Position numbers and translations under genes: made by a program | Shown: positions 46,201 to 55,654 of the stretch, piece after piece | Position numbering within the stretch: the first letter of the stretch is position 1 | Layout of the letters: each line of letters starts with the position of its first letter | Notes under the pieces: model-generated | What the model was told of the DNA's origin: nothing | The model's input: the letters and a program-made list of their open reading frames with translations, nothing else | The model's database searches: none | Source: Candidatus Scatosoma sp. | Lineage (GTDB): Bacteria > Bacillota > Clostridia > Christensenellales > Borkfalkiaceae | Direction: 5' to 3' | Length of the DNA stretch: 64,000 nt | Assembly (NCBI GenBank): GCA_045660225.1 | Contig: JAZRDK010000077.1 | Location: 7,528-71,527 of the forward strand

Positions 46201-47848
46201 AGACGTCACGGATTTTGAATCTATCTTGGACTTGTGCGCCACTTCCTTCCCCCAACGTCGCTTAAAATGGCATTATCGCAGTCGTTTCGAGCCGTTGATT
46301 TCCTTCTCGAACAAGCATTTTTACGACGGGGATTTGGTTACCTTCCCGTCCGCAAAGACGGACAAGGACGGCATCGGCGTCGACTTTGTTTACGTGGACG
46401 ACGGCGTGTTTGACCGCCAAACGAAAACCAACCGCCGTGAAGCGGAAAAAATCGTCGATATGGTGTTTGAACATATCGACAAATATCCAGAGCGCAGTTT
46501 GGGCGTCGTCGCGTTCAGCGTATCGCAACAAACCTTAATCGATAGACTGATTGCAAAAAGACGTCTGACGTGCCCTTCGAAAGACTGGTTTTTTAAGTCG
46601 GACAAACCCGAAGCCTTCTTCGTGAAAAACTTGGAAACGGTGCAAGGCGACGAGCGCGACACGATTCTTTTCAGCGTCGCCTATGCCAAAGACGCGTCGG
46701 GAAAACTGCTTTTGAATTTCGGGCCTATCAACCGCGAAGGTGGCGAACGCCGTCTAAACGTTGCCGTCACGCGCGCGAAATACAACGTGAAACTGATTGC
46801 GTCTATGCGCCATACGGACATCGACCTGTCCGGTTCGAAATCGGTAGGCGCACGCCTTTTGCGCGACTATTTAGACTATGCGAAAAACGGAGAAATCGCG
46901 TTAGAACGCGCTTCCTTTGAAAACCCCTTCGAGCGCTGGCACTCTGAACTGAAAACGGAAATCGGCGATTTCTTGCGCGAAAAAGGATACGAAGTCGACA
47001 CGGACGTGGGTTGTTCTTCCTTCAAGTTGGACTTGGCGGTGAAATACCCTAACTCCCCCGACTACGCCATTACGATAGAGTGCGACGGTGCAACCTATCG
47101 CCAGTCGAAAACGGCGCGCGATAGAGATAGACTTCGCCAAGACGTGTTAGAGCGTATGGGCTGGAAATTCTACCGCATTTGGTCTACCGACTGGTTTAGA
47201 AACAAGCGCGTAGAAAAAGAACGTCTTTTGACGGCGGTAAAATCCGCCGTGGAAAGCGCGCCAAAAAAACCGCAACCTACCCCTGTCAGCGAAACGTCCT
47301 TTGAAGAAACGGTTGTGGACAACCATTTCACCTTCCCTAAGTACGAAATGGCAGACGAAGTCTTTTTCAGCAACGCCTTCAAAGGCGACATACCACGCGT
47401 AATTCGCGCGATTTTGGAAGTAGAATCTCCCCTTTCCGAAGAGTGGTTGTTAAAACGTATCGTCTTCCTGTTCGACGGCAGGGAAAAGGTAACCGCCGTC
47501 GTACGCGACGCGTTTAATAGGTTGCTTTGGAATTGCCAAAGCCAGGGCATCGTCCGTAGAAACGGGTTCTTGTACTTGCAAGGCAAACCGTTGCCCACGT
47601 TGCGCGTACCCGCGCACGGCGCAACGCCGAGAGAAATCAAGCATATCCCTATCGAAGAGTTGGCAAGCGGTTTGCAAGAACTGCTTAAACAAAACGTCAC
47701 GGCGGAAAAATCGGGACTGTTTAAGCTACTCGTCGAACAACTCGGTTTCTCGCGCATCGGCGACGCCGTTTCGGCTCGGCTGGAACAAGCGTTGAAATTG
47801 CTTGCAAAAGACGTGGAAATCAACGGCGACACCCTGTCCCTGAAATAA
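43244..47848 (+). CDS. DUF4011-type SF1B (Upf1/DNA2-like) helicase fused to a REase-fold (DUF559/MTES_1575-like) nuclease and a DUF3320-like tail (1534 aa)
   Basis: The N-terminus LLDTGKRNNLIHFKDTKKG is DUF4011-like. Helicase motifs are GPPGTGKSQT, VIFDEASQ, VGDSKQMPP, ETVQGDERDTILFS and LNVAVTRAK. The nuclease region is FKLDLAV...ITIECDGATYRQSKTARDRDRLRQDVLERMGWKFYRIWSTDW. Confidence 0.85.
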   Translation: MSAEKLNKWAELLLDTGKRNNLIHFKDTKKGSVEILFPDFVTLFNRADHSAVFEVYDPKLEDEEEDFDFLDEDVEETQNGKRIPKDVYLNAYKGKLKKNQILVYNAVNKPLSALKDISKKARSAVEETGVNIAYIAFGFIHWCEPEHPQTFMRAPILLAPITIENESSIEPFHVKITDDEIIVNPTFAFKLQNEYGIKLPEFDDDLGIEGYFESIEALICKLKWTVSTECKIGIFSFLKLNMYKDLKDNAPTIAKHQSVRALLGDLGAGATLTEDEGDDVDLLDLHNVVDADSSQAEAIAMALRGKSFVLQGPPGTGKSQTITNVIAECLLHGKKVLFVSEKLAALNVVYEKLKNAGLEEFCLELHSHKANKKQVIEELCHTLKLQKSGVSGQAERELKAKKDAQHTLDAYAEELHKVRPIIGKTLYELYEETATYRSAPDLQFVVYDLKNKGEDYLEKAESALSRYVDYIPSVGYDYRENIWYGYTSTDVSYQAVMELKADLLSVAELGRALQEISNRTDERFNLPANTLARARVLQKFLALAKDSRFITPSLLVSSTLHKTLTALKEMQALAKVVLEKKAVLDKTFDEDVYKLDGQALHKKVTKEFNAFFPRLFSGEYKRIAKEIRLCKKDGTRARYDEVRNTLDTLRVYQQKLAEFNALQRTIAKYLNTAYQGVDTDFARCLQELQALESVQAQGARFGKLAVMKNEEFSAEQPLFKQLYEQYTKAFERYGDAERRITACFDLRAFDMQNVSLLTLIKKCENCHENADNLDNWQEFTKLLQLLKGLDLLSYVNYAIVNKVKPEDVVGAYKKAFYLQWVDAVLRESPTLVSLARVIHDETVKRFKEKDELHFEINKAKIKATLSAQRPKLDMVAQGSSIAILLREGEKKRKQKGIRVLLSEIGDLAQTLKPCFLMSPLSVSTYLGADMQFDVVIFDEASQIFPQDAVGAIYRGKQLIVVGDSKQMPPSNFFNASTETDGEDEDEDVTDFESILDLCATSFPQRRLKWHYRSRFEPLISFSNKHFYDGDLVTFPSAKTDKDGIGVDFVYVDDGVFDRQTKTNRREAEKIVDMVFEHIDKYPERSLGVVAFSVSQQTLIDRLIAKRRLTCPSKDWFFKSDKPEAFFVKNLETVQGDERDTILFSVAYAKDASGKLLLNFGPINREGGERRLNVAVTRAKYNVKLIASMRHTDIDLSGSKSVGARLLRDYLDYAKNGEIALERASFENPFERWHSELKTEIGDFLREKGYEVDTDVGCSSFKLDLAVKYPNSPDYAITIECDGATYRQSKTARDRDRLRQDVLERMGWKFYRIWSTDWFRNKRVEKERLLTAVKSAVESAPKKPQPTPVSETSFEETVVDNHFTFPKYEMADEVFFSNAFKGDIPRVIRAILEVESPLSEEWLLKRIVFLFDGREKVTAVVRDAFNRLLWNCQSQGIVRRNGFLYLQGKPLPTLRVPAHGATPREIKHIPIEELASGLQELLKQNVTAEKSGLFKLLVEQLGFSRIGDAVSARLEQALKLLAKDVEINGDTLSLK

Positions 47849-47858
47849 GCAAAAAAAT

Positions 47859-47891
47859 AAAACGGTAAGGCGGAAAACCTTACCGTTTTTT
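47859..47891. terminator. Bidirectional terminator
   Basis: AAAACGGTAAGG-CGGAAAA-CCTTACCGTTTTTT. Confidence 0.85.
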
Positions 47892-47893
47892 CT

Positions 47894-48151
47894 TTATCTA
47901 TTCGTTCCAAAAGCAACGCCGACCGCCGTACCGAGCGACGAAAGCAGACCCAAGGGAATATCAATGACCAGCCTTACTAGCCACAAGCCCAAGCGTATAG
48001 CCGCCGAAATCAGTCTAAACGTGCATAAGCAAAGCAAAAATCCGCCCAAAGGAAGGGCAATATCCAGCCAAAGCAAGCGGTACGCATACGCGATGACGAA
48101 CACAACGGGAAACAAAATCAAGCCAAAAAGCAACCTTATCAACTTAAACAT
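47894..48151 (-). CDS. Small membrane protein (85 aa)
   Basis: Three hydrophobic helices. The RBS AAAGGAGAA lies before ATG 48151. Confidence 0.55.
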   Translation of the reverse strand: MFKLIRLLFGLILFPVVFVIAYAYRLLWLDIALPLGGFLLCLCTFRLISAAIRLGLWLVRLVIDIPLGLLSSLGTAVGVAFGTNR

Positions 48152-48237
48152 ACGTTTTCTCCTTTATCTTTTCATACGATTGTATTTTCATTATAAACAA
48201 AATGGAAAAATAAAGCAACCGAATTCAGCCTGTTTTT

Positions 48238-49500
48238 TTACTCGTTTTTTAAGGGTAACGCTTTATCGCGTTTTTTGAAATAGCGCATCGCACAAAGAAC
48301 GACCACCGCACCGAGAATCGGGAATATCGCGCTACACAGCATACCTGCCTTCAAGCCCACCTGTTCGGCGGTCAGTCCAAGTTTTGCGCCAAGCTCGCCG
48401 GCAAACGGGCGCACGGAAACTTCGTCCACGACGACACCCATCAGTTGGGGCGCAACGGACGCGCCCATATCACCGCCCGCCGCCATCAACGCGTACGCGC
48501 CGACGCCAAGTCCAGGCATATTTTCTTCCATCATAATCAACGTACCAGGCCAAAGCATAGCGGTGAACATACCCGTCAAAATGCACGCAACGAAGGCAAA
48601 GCCTACGCTTGTGGAAAGCCCTGCCACCAAATAACAACCCGCCGCGCCCAGCATACCCACAAGCAGTACGGGCGCAATTTTTTTGCCGAATTTGGCGTAT
48701 GCAATTCTCGACAAACCAAGCAAGATGGCAAACGTCGCCATACCCAAAACGTCGCCCAGCGCCTTGTCGATTCCAAGCGCCGTTTCCATATAACTCGACA
48801 CCCAGTTGGACATCGTCGTTTCCGCACAGCCACCAAAGAAGATACACGCCACGCAAAGTAGCATGCCCACGTACCTGCCCCCGCGCTTTTCCACTTCGCC
48901 GTCCTTCCCATTGTCCATTTCCGGCAACGGAGCGCCCATAAAAAGCAGGGCAGGAATCAAACAAAGCGCGCCGAAAAACATCGTCAAATACGCCCAGTAC
49001 TCTATGCCGACGAATTTCAAAAACAACGTCGCCGTTACCACGACGGCAAAGAAACCGAAGGCGTAAAGCGAGTGCAGTAAGCTCATATCCCGTTGCGGAT
49101 TTTCCGACGGCATAGCCGCTATCGTCGGGCTTAACAGCACTTCGGAAAGCCCTGCCGACACCGAGAAAATCACCGTGCCGATACAAAGCCCTACATAGGC
49201 GTTGCCGGGGAAAAACGTAGGGATAAGCGCGTACAAAAATAGCCCCACGGCGGTGATTATCGGCATAACCCTAATAAAGAACTTGGCGTTGAGCTTATGC
49301 GCGAACGCGGTAAAGAGCAAATCTATGAGCATCTGCGTGCAGAAATTGACGACGACGAGCGTTCCCAAAAGCGTATACGACACGTGAAAAAGCGATTGAA
49401 ACGCCGTAAATAAAACGGGTGGCAGACTAAAGGCGGATGCGCCTATAAAAAACACGCTGTAACACGCAAATTTCGTGCGTTTGAAGCTCTGTTGACTCAT
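48238..49500 (-). CDS. MFS transporter
   Basis: About 12 TM helices. I chose ATG 49500 (MSQQSFKRTKFACY...) over the track's upstream start. Confidence 0.8.
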   Translation of the reverse strand: MSQQSFKRTKFACYSVFFIGASAFSLPPVLFTAFQSLFHVSYTLLGTLVVVNFCTQMLIDLLFTAFAHKLNAKFFIRVMPIITAVGLFLYALIPTFFPGNAYVGLCIGTVIFSVSAGLSEVLLSPTIAAMPSENPQRDMSLLHSLYAFGFFAVVVTATLFLKFVGIEYWAYLTMFFGALCLIPALLFMGAPLPEMDNGKDGEVEKRGGRYVGMLLCVACIFFGGCAETTMSNWVSSYMETALGIDKALGDVLGMATFAILLGLSRIAYAKFGKKIAPVLLVGMLGAAGCYLVAGLSTSVGFAFVACILTGMFTAMLWPGTLIMMEENMPGLGVGAYALMAAGGDMGASVAPQLMGVVVDEVSVRPFAGELGAKLGLTAEQVGLKAGMLCSAIFPILGAVVVLCAMRYFKKRDKALPLKNE

Positions 49501-49615
49501 AATTCGTCCTGTTTTTCTCGCTTGAATTTCGCCCGTTTTTCGGGCTGGTTTTATTATAAACGAAACGCAAAAATAAAGCAAGCAAACAACGGGATTTTTT
49601 CTTTTTATAAACCTT

Positions 49616-51133
49616 TTACGCTTTTTTCCACGTCCTTGGACTAAACAATACCAAGACGGGCAAAATTTCTAATCTTCCCAATATCATCGTAATCGTCAAT
49701 ACGATTTTCGAGAAGGGATTAAACGCCGAGTACGACGCGTACGGCCCTACCGCTTCAAACCCAGGCCCGATATTAGAAAGACACGCGATTGCGGACGAGA
49801 AATTGCTTAAAAATCCGTGCTCGACGCCGCCCACCGTCGTGCCGTTTACCCCGTCGAAACACAAAAGGAAGGTGACGAAAATGACGACGAAGAAATATAG
49901 ACAAATAAACGCGAATACGCCGTTGATGGTCTTTTCTTCCAGCGTCTTGCCTTCCATTTTCACCTTGGGCACGTAGCGTGGATTTATCATCTTTCTGACG
50001 TTGACGTACAAACCCTTGACGGCAATCATAATACGCGACGTTTTCAAACCGCCCGCCGTCGAGCCTGCCATACCGCCCACCAACATAAGGAGCAACAAAA
50101 CCACCGTCGCGGACGTCGGCCAAATGCTGTAATCCGTCGTCGTGTACCCCGTCGTCGTAATCAGCGACGCAACCTGGAAATACGAGTGTCTAAACGCTTC
50201 TTCCGTCGAGAAATCTAACGCAAAGCCCTGCGCTTTCGTCATTAGGCTGATAAACACAAACGCGATTGCCGTAACGACGATAAGAAGATACGCGCGGAAT
50301 TCTTCGCTTTTTAATACCGCGCCCGCTTTGCCGATAAGCAACAGATAATACAGCGTGAAATTGACGCCAAACAGCAACATAAACGTTGCGATAACGTACT
50401 GCGAGAAGGGGCTTAAAAGCTCCATACTGCCCGGGATAAACCCAAAACCGCCCGTACCTGCCGTACCAAACGCCGTCAACATACTAAAGAAAAATTTGTC
50501 TTCTTCATACCCTGGAATCGGGCTGTCGAACGAGAGCACGACGATTTCCAAAATTGTCATTGCAAGATAGATAAGATATAAAATCTGTGCCGTCGCTTTC
50601 ATTTTCGACACGATTTTGCCCACCTGCGGACCAGGGCTTTCCGCGCGGAGAAGGTGCATAGACGACCCGTCCTTGCTTTCGGGAATAAAGATAAGGACGA
50701 ATACGAGTATACCCATACCGCCTATCCAATGCGAAAAACTGCGCCAAAACAGCGTAGAGTGCGAAAGCGCGCCGATATCGTCCACGATGCTTGCACCCGT
50801 CGTCGTAAACCCGGACGTGATTTCAAAGCACGCGTCGACAAAGCTGGGGATTTCGCCGTTGATTACGAAAGGAATTGCGCCGAATACCGCCATCACCACC
50901 CAAACGAGCGCGGTGAGTGCAAAGCCCTCCCTTTGGTACAGCGTTTCGCGGTGGGGTTTGGGGAGTTGCAACAAAAATCCGATGCAAACCAACACGAACG
51001 CAGGCACGGCAAACGCAAGCACGTTTTTGTCGGGTTCTTGATAAATCAAGCTGATGAGCAGGGGCACGAGCATAAGCACCCCTTCAAGCACCATAATTTT
51101 ACCCAAAATTTTGCCAAGTTTCTTGTAGTTCAT
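49616..51133 (-). CDS. trkH: TrkH/KtrB family potassium uptake protein
   Basis: Repeated M1-P-M2 units with selectivity-filter-like TTTG / TAGTGG / TTTGYT / NIGPG. Confidence 0.9.
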   Translation of the reverse strand: MNYKKLGKILGKIMVLEGVLMLVPLLISLIYQEPDKNVLAFAVPAFVLVCIGFLLQLPKPHRETLYQREGFALTALVWVVMAVFGAIPFVINGEIPSFVDACFEITSGFTTTGASIVDDIGALSHSTLFWRSFSHWIGGMGILVFVLIFIPESKDGSSMHLLRAESPGPQVGKIVSKMKATAQILYLIYLAMTILEIVVLSFDSPIPGYEEDKFFFSMLTAFGTAGTGGFGFIPGSMELLSPFSQYVIATFMLLFGVNFTLYYLLLIGKAGAVLKSEEFRAYLLIVVTAIAFVFISLMTKAQGFALDFSTEEAFRHSYFQVASLITTTGYTTTDYSIWPTSATVVLLLLMLVGGMAGSTAGGLKTSRIMIAVKGLYVNVRKMINPRYVPKVKMEGKTLEEKTINGVFAFICLYFFVVIFVTFLLCFDGVNGTTVGGVEHGFLSNFSSAIACLSNIGPGFEAVGPYASYSAFNPFSKIVLTITMILGRLEILPVLVLFSPRTWKKA

Positions 51134-51139
51134 AATACC

Positions 51140-52495
51140 TTATTCTAAAATATCGCCCAAATCGTCAAAGTTTTTGTGCGTAGTGACGACGATGACGTTG
51201 TCGCCGTACGTTATCATCGAGTTGCCGTTAGGGACGATGATTTCCCCTTTTCTAATGATGCAGGCAACCAAACAGTTTGCCTTGAGTTTCAAATCCTTCA
51301 ACGGCTTATCGAAGAAATCCTTTTGCGTTTTCGCCACGAATTCCAACGCTTCCACCTGCCCGTTTACCAAGCGGTTCAACGTCTGCACGTTGCTCCCGCG
51401 CGAGTTTTCCAAAGCTCGCACGTAACTGATGACGCGGTTTGCGACGATGTCTTTGGGCGAAACGTTGTTTTTAATGCCCAACTCCTTGAGCATACCGTAT
51501 AAGTCGTCGCTTTTGATTTGCGTAATCGTCTTTTTTACCTTCATTTTGTTGGCAAACATCGACGCCAGCATATTTTCTTCGTCCGCATCGGTCAACGCAA
51601 CGAAAGCGTCCATCGATTCGATGCCTTCTTCAATCAACAAATCGTGGCGCGCGCCGTTGCCGTGCACTATCGTGATTTTAGGCAGGCGTTCTGCAAGTTC
51701 TTCCGCGGTTTCTTTGTCCTTTTCAATCAGTTTCACGCGGTATTTACCCTGCGAAAGCATATCCGCCAAATAATACCCAACCTTTCCGCCACCCACAATC
51801 ATAATGCGTTTTAAGGGCGCGGTTTCGATATGAATTTCCGAAAGGAAATGCGAAAGCGATTTCGCGTCCGTCGTAAAGTGAATTCTGTCCCCTTCTTCAA
51901 TTTGGAAATTGCCCGAAGGAATCGTCAGCGTATCTCCGCGCTGTACCGCGCAAATCAGCGTCTTTGTCGACAGCTTTTTGCCCAACGAAATCAACGTTTC
52001 GCCAACGAGCGCGCAACCCTTTTCCGCGACGATTTCCACAAGCAAAACCTTGCCCTTGCAAAACCGTTCTGCTTGGGCAACGGACGGCAAACTGATTAAG
52101 TCAAACATTTCGCGCGCCGTGTCTTCTTCGGGGTTGACAATCATAGAAATCCCGAGCTCGTCCTTCATGGCAAGAATTTGCTTTCTATACGCCGGGTTTC
52201 TTACGCGCGCAATCGTGTTTTCCACACCGCATTTCTTTGCAACCAAGCAGGCGAAGACGTTCAACTCGTCGCTGTTGGTCAAGACGATGGCAAGCTCCGC
52301 CTCGTCCATTTTTGCTTCTTGTTGAATATCTTGACAAGCGCCGTTTCCGACCACACCGAAAACGTCGTATCTTTCGATAAGACGCTCGATTTTGTCCTTG
52401 TCGTTGTCGATAACGGTGATGGTATGTCCTTCCACGGCAAGCGTTTTTAATACCGTTTCCCCTATCGTACCCAAGCCGATAATTACAATTCTCAT
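51140..52495 (-). CDS. trkA: Trk system potassium uptake protein TrkA (tandem RCK domains)
   Basis: MRIVIIGLGTIGETV and IMIVGGGKVGYYLA Rossmann motifs. I chose ATG 52495. Confidence 0.9.
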   Translation of the reverse strand: MRIVIIGLGTIGETVLKTLAVEGHTITVIDNDKDKIERLIERYDVFGVVGNGACQDIQQEAKMDEAELAIVLTNSDELNVFACLVAKKCGVENTIARVRNPAYRKQILAMKDELGISMIVNPEEDTAREMFDLISLPSVAQAERFCKGKVLLVEIVAEKGCALVGETLISLGKKLSTKTLICAVQRGDTLTIPSGNFQIEEGDRIHFTTDAKSLSHFLSEIHIETAPLKRIMIVGGGKVGYYLADMLSQGKYRVKLIEKDKETAEELAERLPKITIVHGNGARHDLLIEEGIESMDAFVALTDADEENMLASMFANKMKVKKTITQIKSDDLYGMLKELGIKNNVSPKDIVANRVISYVRALENSRGSNVQTLNRLVNGQVEALEFVAKTQKDFFDKPLKDLKLKANCLVACIIRKGEIIVPNGNSMITYGDNVIVVTTHKNFDDLGDILE

Positions 52496-52543
52496 ATCGT
52501 TCTCCACACCGTCTACACCCGACGGTTTTACTGATATAACTAT

Positions 52544-52572
52544 AGTGTAGCACATTTTTTATCCGTTGTCAA
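52544..52572 (-). promoter_or_regulatory. Sigma-70-type promoter of trkA-trkH
   Basis: The minus strand reads TTGACA, a 17-nt spacer (ending TGc), then TACACT. Confidence 0.6.
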
Positions 52573-52658
52573 TGCAAAATACGGCTTTGCGCGCCTGCAA
52601 AATTTCGACAAGAACGGACGTGTTTTTGGGTAATTCTTCGTTTTTTCGACGCTTTACA

Positions 52659-52700
52659 AAAAATCACCCCGTTTGGCAATCTGCCAAACGGGGCTTTTTT
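52659..52700 (-). terminator. Terminator after the GH63-like gene
   Basis: CCCCGTTTGGCA / TGCCAAACGGGG stem with T-runs on both strands. Confidence 0.8.
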
Positions 52701-54273
52701 ATTCGGTTTTTACGACGAAACTTCCGCCTTTATACACAACTTCCACTTCTATTTTGTCCTTCGAACGCACCGTTACGCTTGGTTTCTCGTCTTCGCTTGT
52801 ACGCGCTTCACAAACCAGGTCGATACAGCCGTCGCCGAAGGGATATTGTTCTACGCCGTGTTTTTCCAGCCGATAAACGTGCCAAACAATACGCTTTTTA
52901 GAAGCCTCCGGCCGAATCCCAAAGACGTATTCAAACAAAATAGATATCGGCGCAAGCCCCGTCCAGCCAACGAATTCGCCTAAGGCAGGCTCGCCTTTTC
53001 GCATCTCTTCAGGCGCGTAATTCTCGTACACGGTGCCGTCTTTTTCGAAAACAGTCGTCACGGCGGACACGTAATTGCAAGCAATTTCATACGCCAAATC
53101 GTCGTACCCGTATTCCGCAAGCGCCTTCATAACCATATAGTTGGTGGGCGCCCAAACGCCACCGCGCCAGTATCCGCCAAAACGCTCGTATTCGGGGTGG
53201 TCGGCGGAAAGTGTGGGTATCATCACGGGACGCTTAAATTCCTTCTCGTTGGTCAGATGCTCCACAAACCGTTTTACACGGTGCTTGGGCACGAGCCCTG
53301 CAAGCATCGTCCAGTACGCGCCCACGGTTTTGACGTTGCTTTTTCTACCGTCGCGAAATCTGTCGTAATAAAACGCCGTTTCCTCGTCCCAATGCTTTTC
53401 ATTGATGGTTTTTTGCAGAGCGTCGCGCTCTTCCTTTAACCACTCCGCATCCTTTTCGCGACCCAAGACTGCCGACATTTTCAATAAAATATCCGCGCTT
53501 AAATACTGTTGCGCGCAGGCGTCAATCCACGTCATAAACCCGTGCGAGCACATAACGTCGTATCCTTCTTCCAGCCTGGGTTGGTTATCCATACCGCTAC
53601 CTAAACCCGTCGTCCAATACCCGCCGTCTTGCCAAGTTCGGTTACGTTGCAACCATCGATGGTACGCAAGCAAAGGCGGAAAAACCTTTTTCAAACGTTC
53701 TTCGTCCTTCGTCGTTAAATAATATTCCCACTCTGCCCACGGCAAAACGTTTGGACCGGTGGACGAAGGGTCAGAGCGCGAAAATCTTGCGCCTTCTACC
53801 GACTGAAACAACTGACGGCAAATAAACCCGTCCTTGTGCTGGTGCGCATAGAAATTATCCAGCGAGCCCTGAAAATCAAACACCCTGCTTGCATACTTTG
53901 CAAACATCGCAATAAAGCAGGAATCCCACATAAACGTAAAATCATAGAAAGCGCAATCGATAAACGGCGACACGATACGCGCCTCTTCGTTTGCAGGTCG
54001 CATTTTTTCAAAAGCGATTTGAAACACCCTATCATAACAAGCAAGCACCGCATCGTGCCCTTCCCATACGGGCTTAGGGAGCTTTTCTTTTACGTCTTCA
54101 TAACGGGGCAATTCGCCCTGATACGCCGATGCCGTCAAAAAAACGTTTTCTTCGACAAACGGGTTTTTTTCGTAATACGGGTCTTCGTTCATTTTGAAAA
54201 TCCGCATCCCTTCTTTCGTTTTTAACCAGGTATTTTCCGCAACAATCGGATTGTTTTTATGATGCAAACTCAT
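52699..54273 (-). CDS. GH63/MGH1-like (alpha/alpha)6 glycoside hydrolase
   Basis: MWDSCF, GGYWTTGLGSGMDNQPR, GGYWRGGVWAPTNYMVMKALAEYGY and GEFVGWTG. Confidence 0.75.
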   Translation of the reverse strand: MSLHHKNNPIVAENTWLKTKEGMRIFKMNEDPYYEKNPFVEENVFLTASAYQGELPRYEDVKEKLPKPVWEGHDAVLACYDRVFQIAFEKMRPANEEARIVSPFIDCAFYDFTFMWDSCFIAMFAKYASRVFDFQGSLDNFYAHQHKDGFICRQLFQSVEGARFSRSDPSSTGPNVLPWAEWEYYLTTKDEERLKKVFPPLLAYHRWLQRNRTWQDGGYWTTGLGSGMDNQPRLEEGYDVMCSHGFMTWIDACAQQYLSADILLKMSAVLGREKDAEWLKEERDALQKTINEKHWDEETAFYYDRFRDGRKSNVKTVGAYWTMLAGLVPKHRVKRFVEHLTNEKEFKRPVMIPTLSADHPEYERFGGYWRGGVWAPTNYMVMKALAEYGYDDLAYEIACNYVSAVTTVFEKDGTVYENYAPEEMRKGEPALGEFVGWTGLAPISILFEYVFGIRPEASKKRIVWHVYRLEKHGVEQYPFGDGCIDLVCEARTSEDEKPSVTVRSKDKIEVEVVYKGGSFVVKTE

Positions 54274-54287
54274 AACGGCTCCTTGTC

Positions 54288-54322
54288 AAAAACGGCGCAA
54301 TAACACTTCTTGCACCGTTTTT
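54288..54322 (-). terminator. Intra-cluster hairpin with T-run (attenuator or terminator)
   Basis: Minus strand: AAAAACGGTGCAA-...-TTGCGCCGTTTTT, with one mismatch. It ends 14 nt before the RBS of the GH63-like gene. Confidence 0.5.
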
Positions 54323-54329
54323 ATTCGTA

Positions 54330-55640
54330 TTATTTACCCATATTGATTTCCAGGGGATTGATGTTCGGCATCGGGATTTCCACGACGTCCTTGGGTTCGC
54401 GCGTTTTGTACAAACCGTGCGTAAAGTCGGGGAAGTCTACGGGCATACCCGTTTTCAGCGAGCGTTCGGAAAGGTACGTAATACACATCCAGGTAACGGC
54501 GTCGTAGACGTCGATAGGCATTTCCTTGCCGTTAAGCATACAGTCTGCAAGCACTTCAAACTCAAAATAGTCCATACCGCCGTGCCCCTTTTCCAAGATT
54601 TCAGGCGTAACCGCCTTCCACATATCTACAAGGTAAGCGTCTTCGTATTTCTTCGCGTTGTTGTAGAAATAGTTGTGCGCCTTGCCTTCCGACATACCAG
54701 AAATCACTTCGCCGTTTTCCTGCGTGTACTTACTGCGGTGGTGGTCGAATTTCGGCGTGTCAAGGAAGACCATATTGTTGTTTTGGTTGTACATACCCTT
54801 CGTACCCCTAACTTCCAGCTGACGCGAGTAAATACGGGGCAGGGTCGTGTCCAAGCGAATCGTAACCAACTCGCCATTTTCGCAGGTAATCATCGTTTCA
54901 ACGAGGTCCGCCTGCTTAAATTCGACGTCTTTCAAATATTCCAAACCTTCCTTGTCCTGCACGTATTCGTGAAGACCCTGCGAAGGCAAGCCCGTCGAAC
55001 GGGATACAAGCGACACGAAACGGTTGCCCCTATTGATGTTCAAAATCTTCGCAATCGGGCCGATTTCGTGCGTGGGATAGTTTTCGCAGTTTCTACTTAT
55101 ATAGTTTCTCAAACGGTAATGACGGGTCTTGTCGCCGTACGAAATTTCTTGGCGCAAATCGTGCCCGTACGCGCCCGTACAGTACATAATGCGACCAAAC
55201 ACACCGTTTCTAACCAGCGCCGTTGCCAACAACTCGTCGCGGTTAAAGCAACAGTTTTCCAAGAACATAAACGGCGTTTTCGTTTCTTCGTACACTTTCA
55301 CAAGCTCGAAACACTCTTCTTCGTCGTACGCACCGCCTACTTCCATAGCAACGGCAATATTTCTTCTCATTGCGTCGATGGAAATGGCAACGTGTACTTC
55401 CCAGTTTGCAACGACAACCGCCAAATCGGGTTTGAGTTCTTCAAACATTTTAATATGGTCGGTGTACACCTGGGGACGCTTGCCCGTCTTCTTTTCAAAT
55501 TCGTCGGCGAGCGAAATCGCCTTATCTTCGTACGGGTCGCATACGCCCACCGTTTCATACGCGTCGATACTCATTACGCAACCGCCCGTACCAAACGCCC
55601 TATGTCCGCAACCGCAAAATACCGTTTTAATCTTTTCCAT
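54330..55640 (-). CDS. Gfo/Idh/MocA-fold NAD-dependent enzyme, GH109-like
   Basis: ATG 55640 follows AAAAGGAGAAAGG. FLENCCFNRDELLATALVRNGVFGRIMYCTGAYGHDLRQE resembles the GH109 signature. Confidence 0.7.
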   Translation of the reverse strand: MEKIKTVFCGCGHRAFGTGGCVMSIDAYETVGVCDPYEDKAISLADEFEKKTGKRPQVYTDHIKMFEELKPDLAVVVANWEVHVAISIDAMRRNIAVAMEVGGAYDEEECFELVKVYEETKTPFMFLENCCFNRDELLATALVRNGVFGRIMYCTGAYGHDLRQEISYGDKTRHYRLRNYISRNCENYPTHEIGPIAKILNINRGNRFVSLVSRSTGLPSQGLHEYVQDKEGLEYLKDVEFKQADLVETMITCENGELVTIRLDTTLPRIYSRQLEVRGTKGMYNQNNNMVFLDTPKFDHHRSKYTQENGEVISGMSEGKAHNYFYNNAKKYEDAYLVDMWKAVTPEILEKGHGGMDYFEFEVLADCMLNGKEMPIDVYDAVTWMCITYLSERSLKTGMPVDFPDFTHGLYKTREPKDVVEIPMPNINPLEINMGK

Positions 55641-55654
55641 AATCCTTTCTCCTT

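Noticed and set aside
52496-52560. A c-di-AMP (ydaO-type) riboswitch upstream of trkA, or upstream of the NlpC/P60 gene (29765-29817).
   Set aside because: The leaders are only about 45-55 nt from the predicted -10 box to the start codon. That is far too short for that riboswitch, and none of its conserved motifs were seen.
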